A DNA stretch of 63,440 nt, the filler included. It is 10 parts of 10 records of this genome, joined end to end, with 100 filler letters (N's around TTAATTAATTAA, not from the genome) between each part and the next. Parts side by side here need not be neighbours in the genome. Positions count along the whole stretch, not along the records: positions 1 to 6,266 come from SRR31147125_259087; positions 6,367 to 14,818 come from SRR31147125_259791; 8 more parts are not named here. The stretch is one strand, 5' to 3'. The first letter of the stretch is position 1. Every line of letters starts with the position of its first letter. A model generated the notes under the pieces. The model was given only the letters and a program-made list of their open reading frames with translations. It was not told the DNA's origin and ran no database searches. The translations under genes and the position numbers were made by a program. Shown here in pieces: positions 1 to 9,400 of the stretch.

Positions 1-382
1 GACCTGCAAGGTCGCCAACCAGATCATCGTTGCCCTGAACATCGAGGCGGTGGGCGAAGCTCTCCTCTTCGCCTCCAAGGCCGGCGCCGATCCGATGAAG
101 GTCCGGGAAGCGTTGATGGGCGGGTTCGCCTCATCGAAGATCCTCGAGATCCACGGCGAACGGATGATCAACAGGACCTTCGATCCCGGCTTCCGGATCG
201 AACTGCATCAAAAGGACCTCAACCTTGCCCTGTCGAGTGCCCGGGCGATGAAGATGAGCCTTCCGAACACGGCGACGGCGCAGGAGCTGTTCAACGCCTG
301 CGCGGCGCATGGCGGTTCGGGCTGGGATCATTCGGCCCTGGTCAAGGCACTCGAACTCATGGCCGGTCACGACGTGGCGTGA
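1..382 (+). CDS. glxR: 2-hydroxy-3-oxopropionate (tartronate semialdehyde) reductase, 5'-truncated
   Basis: Frame from base 2 reads TCKVANQIIVALNIEAVGEALLFASKAGADP..GGFASSKILEIHGERMINRTFDPGFRIELHQKDL, the C-terminal half of GlxR/GarR. It is followed by glycerate kinase. Confidence 0.92.
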   Translation, partial: TCKVANQIIVALNIEAVGEALLFASKAGADPMKVREALMGGFASSKILEIHGERMINRTFDPGFRIELHQKDLNLALSSARAMKMSLPNTATAQELFNACAAHGGSGWDHSALVKALELMAGHDVA

Positions 383-1644
383 TGGTCGATCCAAGGGCGC
401 TCTTGCGGCAGATGTTTGATGTGGCGGTGGCCTCGGCACAGCCGGCGCTGTGCGTGCCCCGGCATTTGCCCAAACAGCCGCCCAAGGGACGGTTCGTCGT
501 CATCGGTGCCGGAAAGGCGTCGGCGGCCATGGCGCGCGCCGTCGAGGATAACTGGGACGGGCCGCTCGAAGGTCTGGTGATCACCCGCTACGGCTACGAC
601 GTGCCCTGCGAGAAGATTGAGATCGTCGAAGCGGCGCATCCGGTGCCCGACGCGGCCGGCATGGCGGCGGCTGAGCGAATGCTCGACTACCTATCCGGTC
701 TCACCGGGGACGATTTCGTCCTCTGTCTGATCTCGGGCGGCGGTTCGGCGCTGATGCCACTGCCGCTCGCGGGGATCGGGCTCGACGACAAGAAGGCCGT
801 CAACACGGCCCTTCTCAAGTCCGGCGCGACGATTTCCGAGATGAACTGCGTCAGGCGTCATCTCTCGGCGATCAAGGGTGGCCGGCTCGCGGCCGCAGCC
901 TATCCGGCGAAAATGCTGACACTGATGATCTCCGACGTGCCGGGCGACAATCCGATGGACATCGCCTCGGGACCGACCGTCGGCGATCCAACGACATCGG
1001 CCGAGGCGCGCGAGATCGTCGACCGCTACGGCCTCGATCTTCCCGACGCGGTGATAGTGGCCCTCAACGGCACGGCAAGCGAAAGCGTCAAGCCCGGCGA
1101 CAAGCGTCTGGCCGATGCCGAGGCACGGATCATCGCCGCGCCGCAACTGGCGCTCGAAGCGGCGGCCGATGTCGCCCGCAAGGCAGGTATCACGCCTTAC
1201 ATTCTCGGCGACGCCATCGAAGGCGAAGCCAGCGATGTCGGTTCTGTCATGGCGGGTATCGCCAAACAGGTCGCACTGAGAAACCAGCCGTTCAACAAGC
1301 CCTGCGTGCTGCTCTCGGGCGGCGAAACCACGGTGACGATCAAGGGGACGGGCAGGGGCGGACGCAATGTCGAGTTCCTGCTCGCGGCCACCATTGCTCT
1401 TAATGGACTTGAGAACACCTATGCCATTGCCTGCGACACCGATGGAGTCGATGGCGCCGAGGAAGTGGCGGGGGCCGTTGCCACGCCCGATACGCTGGCA
1501 CGCGCGGCAAAGCGCGGACTGTCGGCCAAGGCCGAACTCGCCGACAACAACGCCCACGGCTTTTTTGAAGCCCTCGGCGACCAGGTGATCACCGGCCCGA
1601 CCCGTACAAACGTCAACGACTTCCGGGCCATATTTGTCGCCTGA
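379..1644 (+). CDS. ttuD: Glycerate 2-kinase / hydroxypyruvate reductase, MOFRL (TtuD/GckA) family
   Basis: Motifs GAGKASAAMA, EAAHPVPD, LISGGGSAL, GGETTV, GGRNVE, DTDGVDG and TGPTRTNVND. The start overlaps the glxR stop. Confidence 0.9.
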   Translation: MMVDPRALLRQMFDVAVASAQPALCVPRHLPKQPPKGRFVVIGAGKASAAMARAVEDNWDGPLEGLVITRYGYDVPCEKIEIVEAAHPVPDAAGMAAAERMLDYLSGLTGDDFVLCLISGGGSALMPLPLAGIGLDDKKAVNTALLKSGATISEMNCVRRHLSAIKGGRLAAAAYPAKMLTLMISDVPGDNPMDIASGPTVGDPTTSAEAREIVDRYGLDLPDAVIVALNGTASESVKPGDKRLADAEARIIAAPQLALEAAADVARKAGITPYILGDAIEGEASDVGSVMAGIAKQVALRNQPFNKPCVLLSGGETTVTIKGTGRGGRNVEFLLAATIALNGLENTYAIACDTDGVDGAEEVAGAVATPDTLARAAKRGLSAKAELADNNAHGFFEALGDQVITGPTRTNVNDFRAIFVA

Positions 1645-1789
1645 GCCCGCGGGCATCCGATCGATTACCTGTGTCTGCATATGGCGCGATGCCGCTATAC
1701 TCACAAGCGTTGATTCGTCTGGTTCTTCACCTCCATCCACAGTCTCAGAGCGATCCGCACTAGCAGGCCGGAGCCAGCACGATCCACCG

Positions 1790-1893
1790 GAGCATGTTCG
1801 GGAAAAGCGGATTCCACTTTTCCGGTTCGGACATGCAGCTGCTCAAGAACACAGGTCGTGCATTTTGACCCCATCAAAGCATGACGTGACCTA
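1790..1893. repeat. Rhizobiales-type intergenic palindromic element (RIME/CIR/Bru-RS-like)
   Basis: Two adjacent imperfect hairpins: GCATGTTCG-GGAAAAG..CTTTTCC-..CGGACATGC and AGGTC..TTTGA..TCAAA..GACCT, about 105 bp in total. Family assignment is from recalled similarity only. Confidence 0.55.
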
Positions 1894-1946
1894 AACCGGC
1901 GCCGGGCGCGTCGCACCAAGCCTTTGATGTCTTTGGAACTCGGTAA

Positions 1947-4900
1947 ATGCACAACACATTGCAGATCAGAACAAGTCGCCTCCAATCCCGCCGAGCGGAG
2001 CTCCTGTCCTGGAGCGAACGGGCGGTCGTGCCGATATCGAACTGGACGATCGACGGACGACCGATCGCCATCGGCGAGCCCTGGCCGGACGCAAGAGATG
2101 CTGTGCGCTTTGCCGCAAAGGCATCCGTGCCTGGGGATTGGCCGCTCGAAGAAACCCGCCTTCATCTCGACCTCGGCGGCGAAAGCCTGCTAACGCTGCG
2201 CTACCCGGCGGAGAACGGCGCGACGGAGAGCTTTGGGCTTGATCCGTTCCACCGTCGGTTTCCGTTGCTAGCACGCGAGGTCGAGATCGCCGCGGAAAGC
2301 GTGGCGCGATTTCCCTTTGGCGAACCCAATCCCGATCCACGGCTCACATTCGCGCGCCTCGTGCGACACGAGCCTGCGGTCGACAGTTTGGCACTCCTTC
2401 TTTTGCAGATCGGAGAGGCGGCGGACGCGCTCGACGGGCACGAGGTGGTGCCTCACCTGCTTGAGGCGGCCGAGAAAGCGCTGTCGCTGATCGACTGGCC
2501 GACCAGGACAGGTCCATATGTCGCCCGTCATGCCGACAAGGAAAACGAGCGTGCAATTTGGCATGTGCCGGCGGTCTCGGCGACGCCAGAGTCACTGAGC
2601 GCGGGCGAGCGTGCGTCTGTACAAAGCGCTTATGACGCTTTGATCGAATGCCTCCATGCGCTGCAGAAGCGGTTTCCGCAACAGGGCGAGATCGTGTTGA
2701 CCGGTCACGCGCATATCGATCTTGCCTGGCTCTGGCCCTATGACGAGACCCGCCGCAAAACCCGCCGCACCTTCAGCACCGCGCTGTCGCTGATGGCGCG
2801 TTCGGAGGATTTCCGCTTCAACCAGTCGACGGCGCATTATTACGCTCAGATCGAACAGGATGATCCCGAGCTCCTCGATCGCATCAAGGCCGCCGCCGCG
2901 GACGGCAAATGGGAGCCGATCGGCGGGCTGTGGATTGAACCCGACACAAACATGCCGACGGGCGAAAGCCTGGTGAGGCAGGTTCTTTACGGACAGCGCT
3001 TTTTCGAGAGGACCTTCGGTGCCCGTCACCGCGTCTGCTGGCTGCCGGATTGCTTCGGTTTTTCACCGGCATTGCCGCAGCTTTTAAAGCAGGGCGGTAT
3101 CGACAGCTTCTTTACCATCAAGGTCAACTGGAATGAGGTCAACACCTTCCCGCACGATCTGTTCTGGTGGGAAGGGCTCGATGGCAGCCGCGTTCTAGCA
3201 CACACTTTCGACAATCCGATGCAGGGCTATAACGGCTTCGTGCAGCCGGATTGTTTCGTGCCCACCTGGCGCAATTTCCGTCAGAAGACGGTTCACGACA
3301 CAACACTTCTCGCGGTCGGTTACGGCGATGGCGGCGGCGGGGCGACGCCCGAATTCGTCGAGCGCGAAGTGCAGCTCCGCTCTTTCCCGGCTATTCCACG
3401 CGCGCGTTGGGGCAAGGTCGCGGATTTCTTCGAGAACGCGCATCGCGCGGCCACGAACAAAACCTTGCCGGAATGGCACGGCGAGATCTATCTCGAACTG
3501 CATCGCGGAACCTTGACGACCCAGGGCCGCACCAAGCGCCTTCATCGGCAGGCGGAACGATCCCTGATCAGCGCCGAGGCGCTCGCCTCGCTCGCCCATA
3601 TGCTCGGCGGTGCAGCGCCGCAAAGCCTCGAACCGGTCTGGCGCACACTTTTGAAGAACCAGTTTCATGACATCCTGCCGGGATCGAGCATCCGCGAGGT
3701 TTATGTCGATGCCGAGCGTGAACTCGGCGAAGTCGTTGCGGTGGGAATGGCAGTGCAGAACGCAGCCATGACGGAGCTGGCGGAATTACTGCCGAAAGGC
3801 GACACCGAAGAGATGCTTCTTGTCGCCAATCCGACGCTCGATGCCCGGCCGCTCGATTTTGTGGGCGATGACGGCGGCCGGATTGCGGGTGCCATGCAGG
3901 TGCCGCCGCTGTCGATTGCGGTCGTCGCACCATCGGTGCTCGTACCCGAGGACGGTCTTTGCGGCGAGGGACAGGTGCTTGAAAACCGCTATCTCAAAGC
4001 GGTTATCGACGAGGATGGAAGTGTGGCCAGCCTCATCGACAAGCGGACCGGCCGCGAGGCGCTCGATGGCGCCGGCAACCAGCTCTGGGTCTATGTCGAC
4101 AAGCCGCGCGACTGGGATGCCTGGGACATCGATTTGGACTACGAAAGCGGTGGGGAGCGGCTTGCCGCCGCTTCCGTTGCAGCCGCTACAGGTGATGCGC
4201 ACGAAACGGGTATCGAGGTCCGGTACCGTTTCCGCAATTCCGAGATTGTCCAGCGTTACCTTCTCGCGGCCAATGCACGCCGCCTCGATATCCAGACCGA
4301 GATCGACTGGCATGACCGCAAGAGCCTTCTGCGGACGCTGACGCCCGTCAGGATTCGTGCGTCGCGGGCGAGCTTCGAATGCGCCCACGGCGTCATCGAC
4401 CGTCCGACCCATGCCAATACGTCGTGGGACGCGGCAATGTTCGAGGCGGCGGCGCACCGCTTCGTCGACCTGTCGGAGGCCGGTTTCGGTGTGGCGCTGA
4501 TCAACAACGGCAAATACGGGCACAATGTGCGCGGCAACATTCTCGGCATGAGCCTCGTGCGTGGGCCGATCTATCCCGATCCCCTCGCCGATGAAGGAAA
4601 GCACGCCTTCACATATTCACTGATGCCGCATGCCGGCGCCTGGTACGAGGGTGGCGTACGCCAACAGGCCGAGGCGCTGAACCAGCCGCTGCTGGTCCAT
4701 CGGGCGAGCGGACTTGCGTCGGGTACCGTGTCACCGCTCAGGCTCGAAGGACCCGATGTTGCGTTGTCCGCTCTAAAGCCGGCGGAAGATGGCGACGGCC
4801 TTATCCTGCGCGTTTACGAACCGGCAGGCGGGCGCGGCCCGCTGAATGTTGCTGCCGATGGCTGGTCGATCCTGCGCCATGCAACGCTGATGGAAGAGGA

Positions 4901-4964
4901 CGCGGTCGAGAATGCCGAGATCGGACCCCACGAGGTCGCGACCTTCAGGCTTCGTCACCTATAA
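1947..4964 (+). CDS. Alpha-mannosidase, glycoside hydrolase family 38
   Basis: GHAHIDLAWLW (Zn ligands), WLPDCFG (nucleophile Asp), GYGDGGGG, ELHRGTLT and NQFHDILPGSSI; 1005 aa. Confidence 0.95.
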   Translation: MHNTLQIRTSRLQSRRAELLSWSERAVVPISNWTIDGRPIAIGEPWPDARDAVRFAAKASVPGDWPLEETRLHLDLGGESLLTLRYPAENGATESFGLDPFHRRFPLLAREVEIAAESVARFPFGEPNPDPRLTFARLVRHEPAVDSLALLLLQIGEAADALDGHEVVPHLLEAAEKALSLIDWPTRTGPYVARHADKENERAIWHVPAVSATPESLSAGERASVQSAYDALIECLHALQKRFPQQGEIVLTGHAHIDLAWLWPYDETRRKTRRTFSTALSLMARSEDFRFNQSTAHYYAQIEQDDPELLDRIKAAAADGKWEPIGGLWIEPDTNMPTGESLVRQVLYGQRFFERTFGARHRVCWLPDCFGFSPALPQLLKQGGIDSFFTIKVNWNEVNTFPHDLFWWEGLDGSRVLAHTFDNPMQGYNGFVQPDCFVPTWRNFRQKTVHDTTLLAVGYGDGGGGATPEFVEREVQLRSFPAIPRARWGKVADFFENAHRAATNKTLPEWHGEIYLELHRGTLTTQGRTKRLHRQAERSLISAEALASLAHMLGGAAPQSLEPVWRTLLKNQFHDILPGSSIREVYVDAERELGEVVAVGMAVQNAAMTELAELLPKGDTEEMLLVANPTLDARPLDFVGDDGGRIAGAMQVPPLSIAVVAPSVLVPEDGLCGEGQVLENRYLKAVIDEDGSVASLIDKRTGREALDGAGNQLWVYVDKPRDWDAWDIDLDYESGGERLAAASVAAATGDAHETGIEVRYRFRNSEIVQRYLLAANARRLDIQTEIDWHDRKSLLRTLTPVRIRASRASFECAHGVIDRPTHANTSWDAAMFEAAAHRFVDLSEAGFGVALINNGKYGHNVRGNILGMSLVRGPIYPDPLADEGKHAFTYSLMPHAGAWYEGGVRQQAEALNQPLLVHRASGLASGTVSPLRLEGPDVALSALKPAEDGDGLILRVYEPAGGRGPLNVAADGWSILRHATLMEEDAVENAEIGPHEVATFRLRHL

Positions 4965-5009
4965 TAGGACGTGACGCCCCGCGAGAATGGAGGTCAAGAG
5001 CCGGACTGC

Positions 5010-5765
5010 TCACCCTCTGGGCAGGGACATATGGGAGGCCGAGGGAATGCCTTTTGCCTCGCGTTCGGCATCGCTATCGGCGATTTTCTTGTCGATGACC
5101 GAGCGGTCGATCATGCCGTCATAATTGTCACGGGTTGCCATGGTGTCGGCTACATACAGAAACCGCTCCTGCGCCACCGCGTAGAGGCGCCTCAGTTCTT
5201 CGAGCGGATCGGCATGATCGTCGGTGCGGATGTCGAGCCAGGAATAATCCTGATCGCGATAGATACGCAGCGCTGCCGACTGGCGGCCGCGTTTATCGCC
5301 ACCCGCATCCTCACCGGCCTGCATGGCAAGCAGGAAGCGTTCGGCGAAGGGTTTGTCTGCGGCGGCCTTGAAAGTTTCGAGCGTTTTGGCGATTATCTGC
5401 GGTCCGGCGAGCATGTTGCCGGCAACCGAGACATTGTCGTCGATCAGGTGTCCGGCCCAGTCGATGCATTTCTCCCCGGTGAAGGCGGCATTCCGTCCCC
5501 CGGCATCGATAAGATGCATCTGGCGCTGTTCGCGGCCGGCATCACGCCCTGTCACGATGTCGATGACGTCCTGCGGGCTCCTGTCCTGCTCCAATAGAGC
5601 GAGGCCGTCTGTTCCGTAAAGCGGACTGACGAAGGCCTGTGTGGCGACCGCCCCGACCTTGCCCTTGATATTGGGGACGAGCGCCCCGACGGCGAAAAAG
5701 CGGCTGGCAACGGCGATCCCCAGATAGCCGGTTGCGGGATCGCGGGCGACGATTGAATAAGTCAT
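5010..5765 (-). CDS. DUF1028 family Ntn-hydrolase-like protein
   Basis: MTYSIVARD N-terminus, GAVATQA, VAGNML, GGDKRGRQSAAL and DIRTDDHADP. Confidence 0.88.
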   Translation of the reverse strand: MTYSIVARDPATGYLGIAVASRFFAVGALVPNIKGKVGAVATQAFVSPLYGTDGLALLEQDRSPQDVIDIVTGRDAGREQRQMHLIDAGGRNAAFTGEKCIDWAGHLIDDNVSVAGNMLAGPQIIAKTLETFKAAADKPFAERFLLAMQAGEDAGGDKRGRQSAALRIYRDQDYSWLDIRTDDHADPLEELRRLYAVAQERFLYVADTMATRDNYDGMIDRSVIDKKIADSDAEREAKGIPSASHMSLPRG

Positions 5766-5767
5766 CT

Positions 5768-6266
5768 TTATCTTCCAACTGCGTAGGCCTGCATCAGGCG
5801 AGGGGTGGCGGCGGCGCGCAACAAGCCATCCGGCTCGCGGCGGGTCGCGGTCAGCCGGCCGATGGTCCAGGGCGGGACGACATTGAGCGCGTGACCGCGC
5901 GCCCTGAGATCCGCGAGCACGGATTCACCGAAGTTTTCCTCAAGCACGATCTCGCCGGGCTGGCGTCCGCGCGGATAAAACGACGCCGGCATGTGGCTGG
6001 AATGAAACAGCGGCAGATCGATTGCTTCCTGCAGGTTGAGGCCGTGATGGACGTGACGGAGAAAGAAGGCGAGCTGCCACTGGTCCTGCTGGTCGCCGCC
6101 TGGGGTGCCGAAGGCCATGGTCGGGCGGCCTTCGAACAGGGCCAGCGACGGGGTAAGGGTCGTGCGCGGACGCTTGCCCGGCGCCAGCGAAGACGGCAAT
6201 CCCTCTTCAAGCCAGAACATCTGTGCCCGGGAGTTGAGGCAGAAGCCGAGACCCGGAACGATGGGG
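5768..6266 (-). CDS. Gamma-glutamyltransferase family protein, C-terminal fragment (5'-truncated)
   Basis: PGKRPRTTLTP, FGTPGGDQQDQW and the AATPRLMQAYAVGR terminus typical of the GGT small subunit. Confidence 0.9.
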
Positions 6267-6366
6267 NNNNNNNNNNNNNNNNNNNNNNNNNNNNNNNNNN
6301 NNNNNNNNNNTTAATTAATTAANNNNNNNNNNNNNNNNNNNNNNNNNNNNNNNNNNNNNNNNNNNN
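6267..6366. other. Artificial contig spacer
   Basis: 44 N + TTAATTAATTAA (stops in all six frames) + 44 N. Confidence 0.99.
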
Positions 6367-6460
6367 TTTTGTCAATCCCCTTGATATCAGATGATTTACA
6401 GACACTGAGCCGGTATATTCCACAGCTAAATTTAATGACGTTTTAAATGCTTTGGAATTC

Positions 6461-9400
6461 ATGACACCAGCCAAACCCAACATACCCGAATCCTCCGTCG
6501 CCATCATCGGAATGGCCTGCGTTTTTCCCCAATCCAGAACCCTCAAGGAATACTGGCACATGCTCCTCAACGGCATTGATGCCATCGGCCCCATCCCCGA
6601 GGACACCCATTGGAAACTGGCAGACTATTTCAACCCGGATCCATCCTGCCCGGATCATACCTATTGCAGCCGGGGCGGGTTTCTCCCCGACATTGTTTTC
6701 GATCCCTTAAGTTACGGCATGCCGCCCAACAACCTCCAGGCCACGGATACTTCTCAGCTTTTGGGCCTGGAAGTGGCAAAACGGGCCTTGGAAGATGCTG
6801 GCTATGCCCCGGGACACCCGGTATTGGAAACCAGCAAGGTCAATGTCATTCTCGGGGTCACCGGCACCCAGGAACTGGTCATCCCCTTAGGCGCCCGGCT
6901 TGGGCATCCCTATTGGAAGCAGGCCCTGGAAGATGCTGGCCTGTCACCGGAGATACGTCAGGATGTCATGGACCGCATCCAGGCCTCCTATCCCCAATGG
7001 CAGGAAAACTCCTTTCCCGGTCTTCTGGGGAATGTGGTGGCCGGCAGGATCGCCAACCGGCTCAACCTGTCCGGGACCAATGCCGTATCAGATGCTGCCT
7101 GCGCAAGTTCTTTGTCCGCCGTTCATACGGCCATCATGGAGCTTCAGTCCGGGCGCTGCGATATGTCCATCACCGGTGGCGTGGATACCCTCAATGATAT
7201 CTTCATGCACATGTGTTTTTCAAAAACAGGGGTGCTTTCCCATACCAGCGATGCCAAGCCCTTTTCCAAGGATGCCGACGGCACTGTCTTGGGGGAAGGC
7301 ATCGGCATGCTGGTCCTCAAGCGCCTGGAAGATGCCCAAAGGGATCAGGACAGAATTTATGCCGTTATCAAAGGCATGGGCACGGCAAGCGATGGCCGGA
7401 CCTCTGCCGTGTACGCCCCTGAACCCGGGGGCCAGGTCAAGGCGCTCACCGACGCCTATGAACGGGCCGGAGTGGATCCCGGCACTGTGGGGCTCATTGA
7501 GGCCCACGGCACAGGAACCCGGGTCGGAGACAAGGTTGAGTTCACCGCGTTAAGACAATGTTTTGAGAATAGTTCTCCCTGCCAGTCCACTGCCATCGGG
7601 TCTGTAAAATCCATGATTGGGCACGCCAAGGCCGCAGCCGGAGTCGCAGGCTTGATAAAAAGCGCTCTGGCCCTTCACCACAAGGTTTTGCCCCCCACCC
7701 TCAAGGCTGGTAAACCAGACCCGGACCTGAACATTGAAACCTCTCCTTTTTACCTCAATGACCAGGCCAAGCCATGGACAGGCCACCGGGGACAGGCCAG
7801 ACGCTCCGGCGTTTCCGCCTTTGGATTCGGCGGGTCTAATTTCCATGCCGTATTGGAAGAGGTCACCCCGGAAAAATCCCATGTTTCCTGGGACGGATCT
7901 GTTCAGATCTTCGCCTTTTCAGGGCCGGACAGCCAAAGGGTAATCCAGGCGGTTGAAAATACAAAAAATAAAATCAGTGAATTTGACAGGGCTGCCAACC
8001 CGGCGGCCTATACCCAGGCCCTTGCCTGGCAGGCTGATCAGTCCAGAGCATCTTTTTCATCAGACCATGAAATCCGCCTGCTGGCCGTCTATTCCAGGGA
8101 AGATGAACTCCATACCCTGCTGGACAATGCCATCGCCGCACTTAAATCAGACACAGCCCCCAAGCCTCCGATTTTCATGGGTAAAGGGCCTGCATCCGGT
8201 AAACTGGGCTTTGTCTTCCCCGGACAGGGCAGTCAATACCCCGGCATGGCCCGGGAACTGATGGCCATGTTCCCCGAAGGGACCCAAGCCCTGGACCTGG
8301 CCTGTGACGCCTTTGCAAAGATCCGCCAGGCATCATCCAAAGAGCCGGAATCCCTCATCACTGCCATGTATCCCCTGCCCGCCTATACCGCAGATAAAAA
8401 AGAAACTGAAAGCCGCCTGCGCCAGACACAGATCGCCCAGCCTGCCATCGGTGCGGTTTCCATGGCCATGACCAATATTCTCAACCGTTTCGGCGTCGCC
8501 CCACAGGTCACCTGCGGCCACAGCTTTGGCGAATTGTCCGCTTTATATGCGGCCCATTGGATGGATGACAGCGATTTTCTCACCCTGTCTGCTGCACGGG
8601 GACATTATATGGCCCAGGCCGGAGAGCAAAGCGGGGATACCGGTTCAATGCTGGCGGTCCAGGCCTCGGTATCTGCCATCACCGCCCTGATTGAAGAAGA
8701 GGGGCTTGACCTGATCCTTGCAAATATCAACAGCCCGGCCCAAGGCGTTCTCTCCGGAAGCACCCCGGAAATCCACCGGGCCCGGGACTGCTGCAAGAAA
8801 AGAAAAATACGGGCTGTCAAGCTACCCGTGGCAGCTGCATTTCACAGCCGCCTTGTGGCTGACGCCGCTCACCCCTTCCAGGCGCTGGTGGCAGAAAAGA
8901 CCATCAAACCGTCTAAAATCGGCGTGCTTTCCAACACCACAGGGTCTGATTATCCCAAAACCCAAGCCGCTGTAAAAGCCCTGCTGGGAGACCAGCTGGT
9001 CCATCCGGTGAATTTCACGGACAATATCCAGGCCATGGCTGACAAAGGGGTCACCGCCTTTATTGAAGTGGGACCTAAAACCGTTTTATCCGGCCTGATC
9101 AGGGCAACGCTGAAAGAGACTGCCGCAAATCCGTCAATAACGGTTCAGGCCATGGATGACCCCGGCAGTAAACACTCGGGTATTTTTGCCCTGGCACAGG
9201 TGCTCAGCAGCATTGCCGCCGGCGGACACCAGGTTGATTTCAGCCCATGGGAAGACCCTGCAGTCAAACCCGTACTTCCCAAAATGGCTGTGATACTCAA
9301 CGGAGCCAATCTCAGACCGGCTCCGGAAACCAGGCCTGCCCTCAAACCACAGGAATCCAAAAATCAAGACGTCAAGACACAAGGATCAGATATGACACCC

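Noticed and set aside
691-1740. Long antisense ORFs (e.g. 691-1740, 3786-4604, 16970-17875, 48418-49266)
   Set aside because: These are shadow frames of GC-rich or repetitive genes with no recognisable motifs.
6311-6322. Recurrent TTAATTAATTAA as a biological repeat or CRISPR-like array
   Set aside because: It is always centred in 88 Ns and is a six-frame-stop linker added during contig concatenation.
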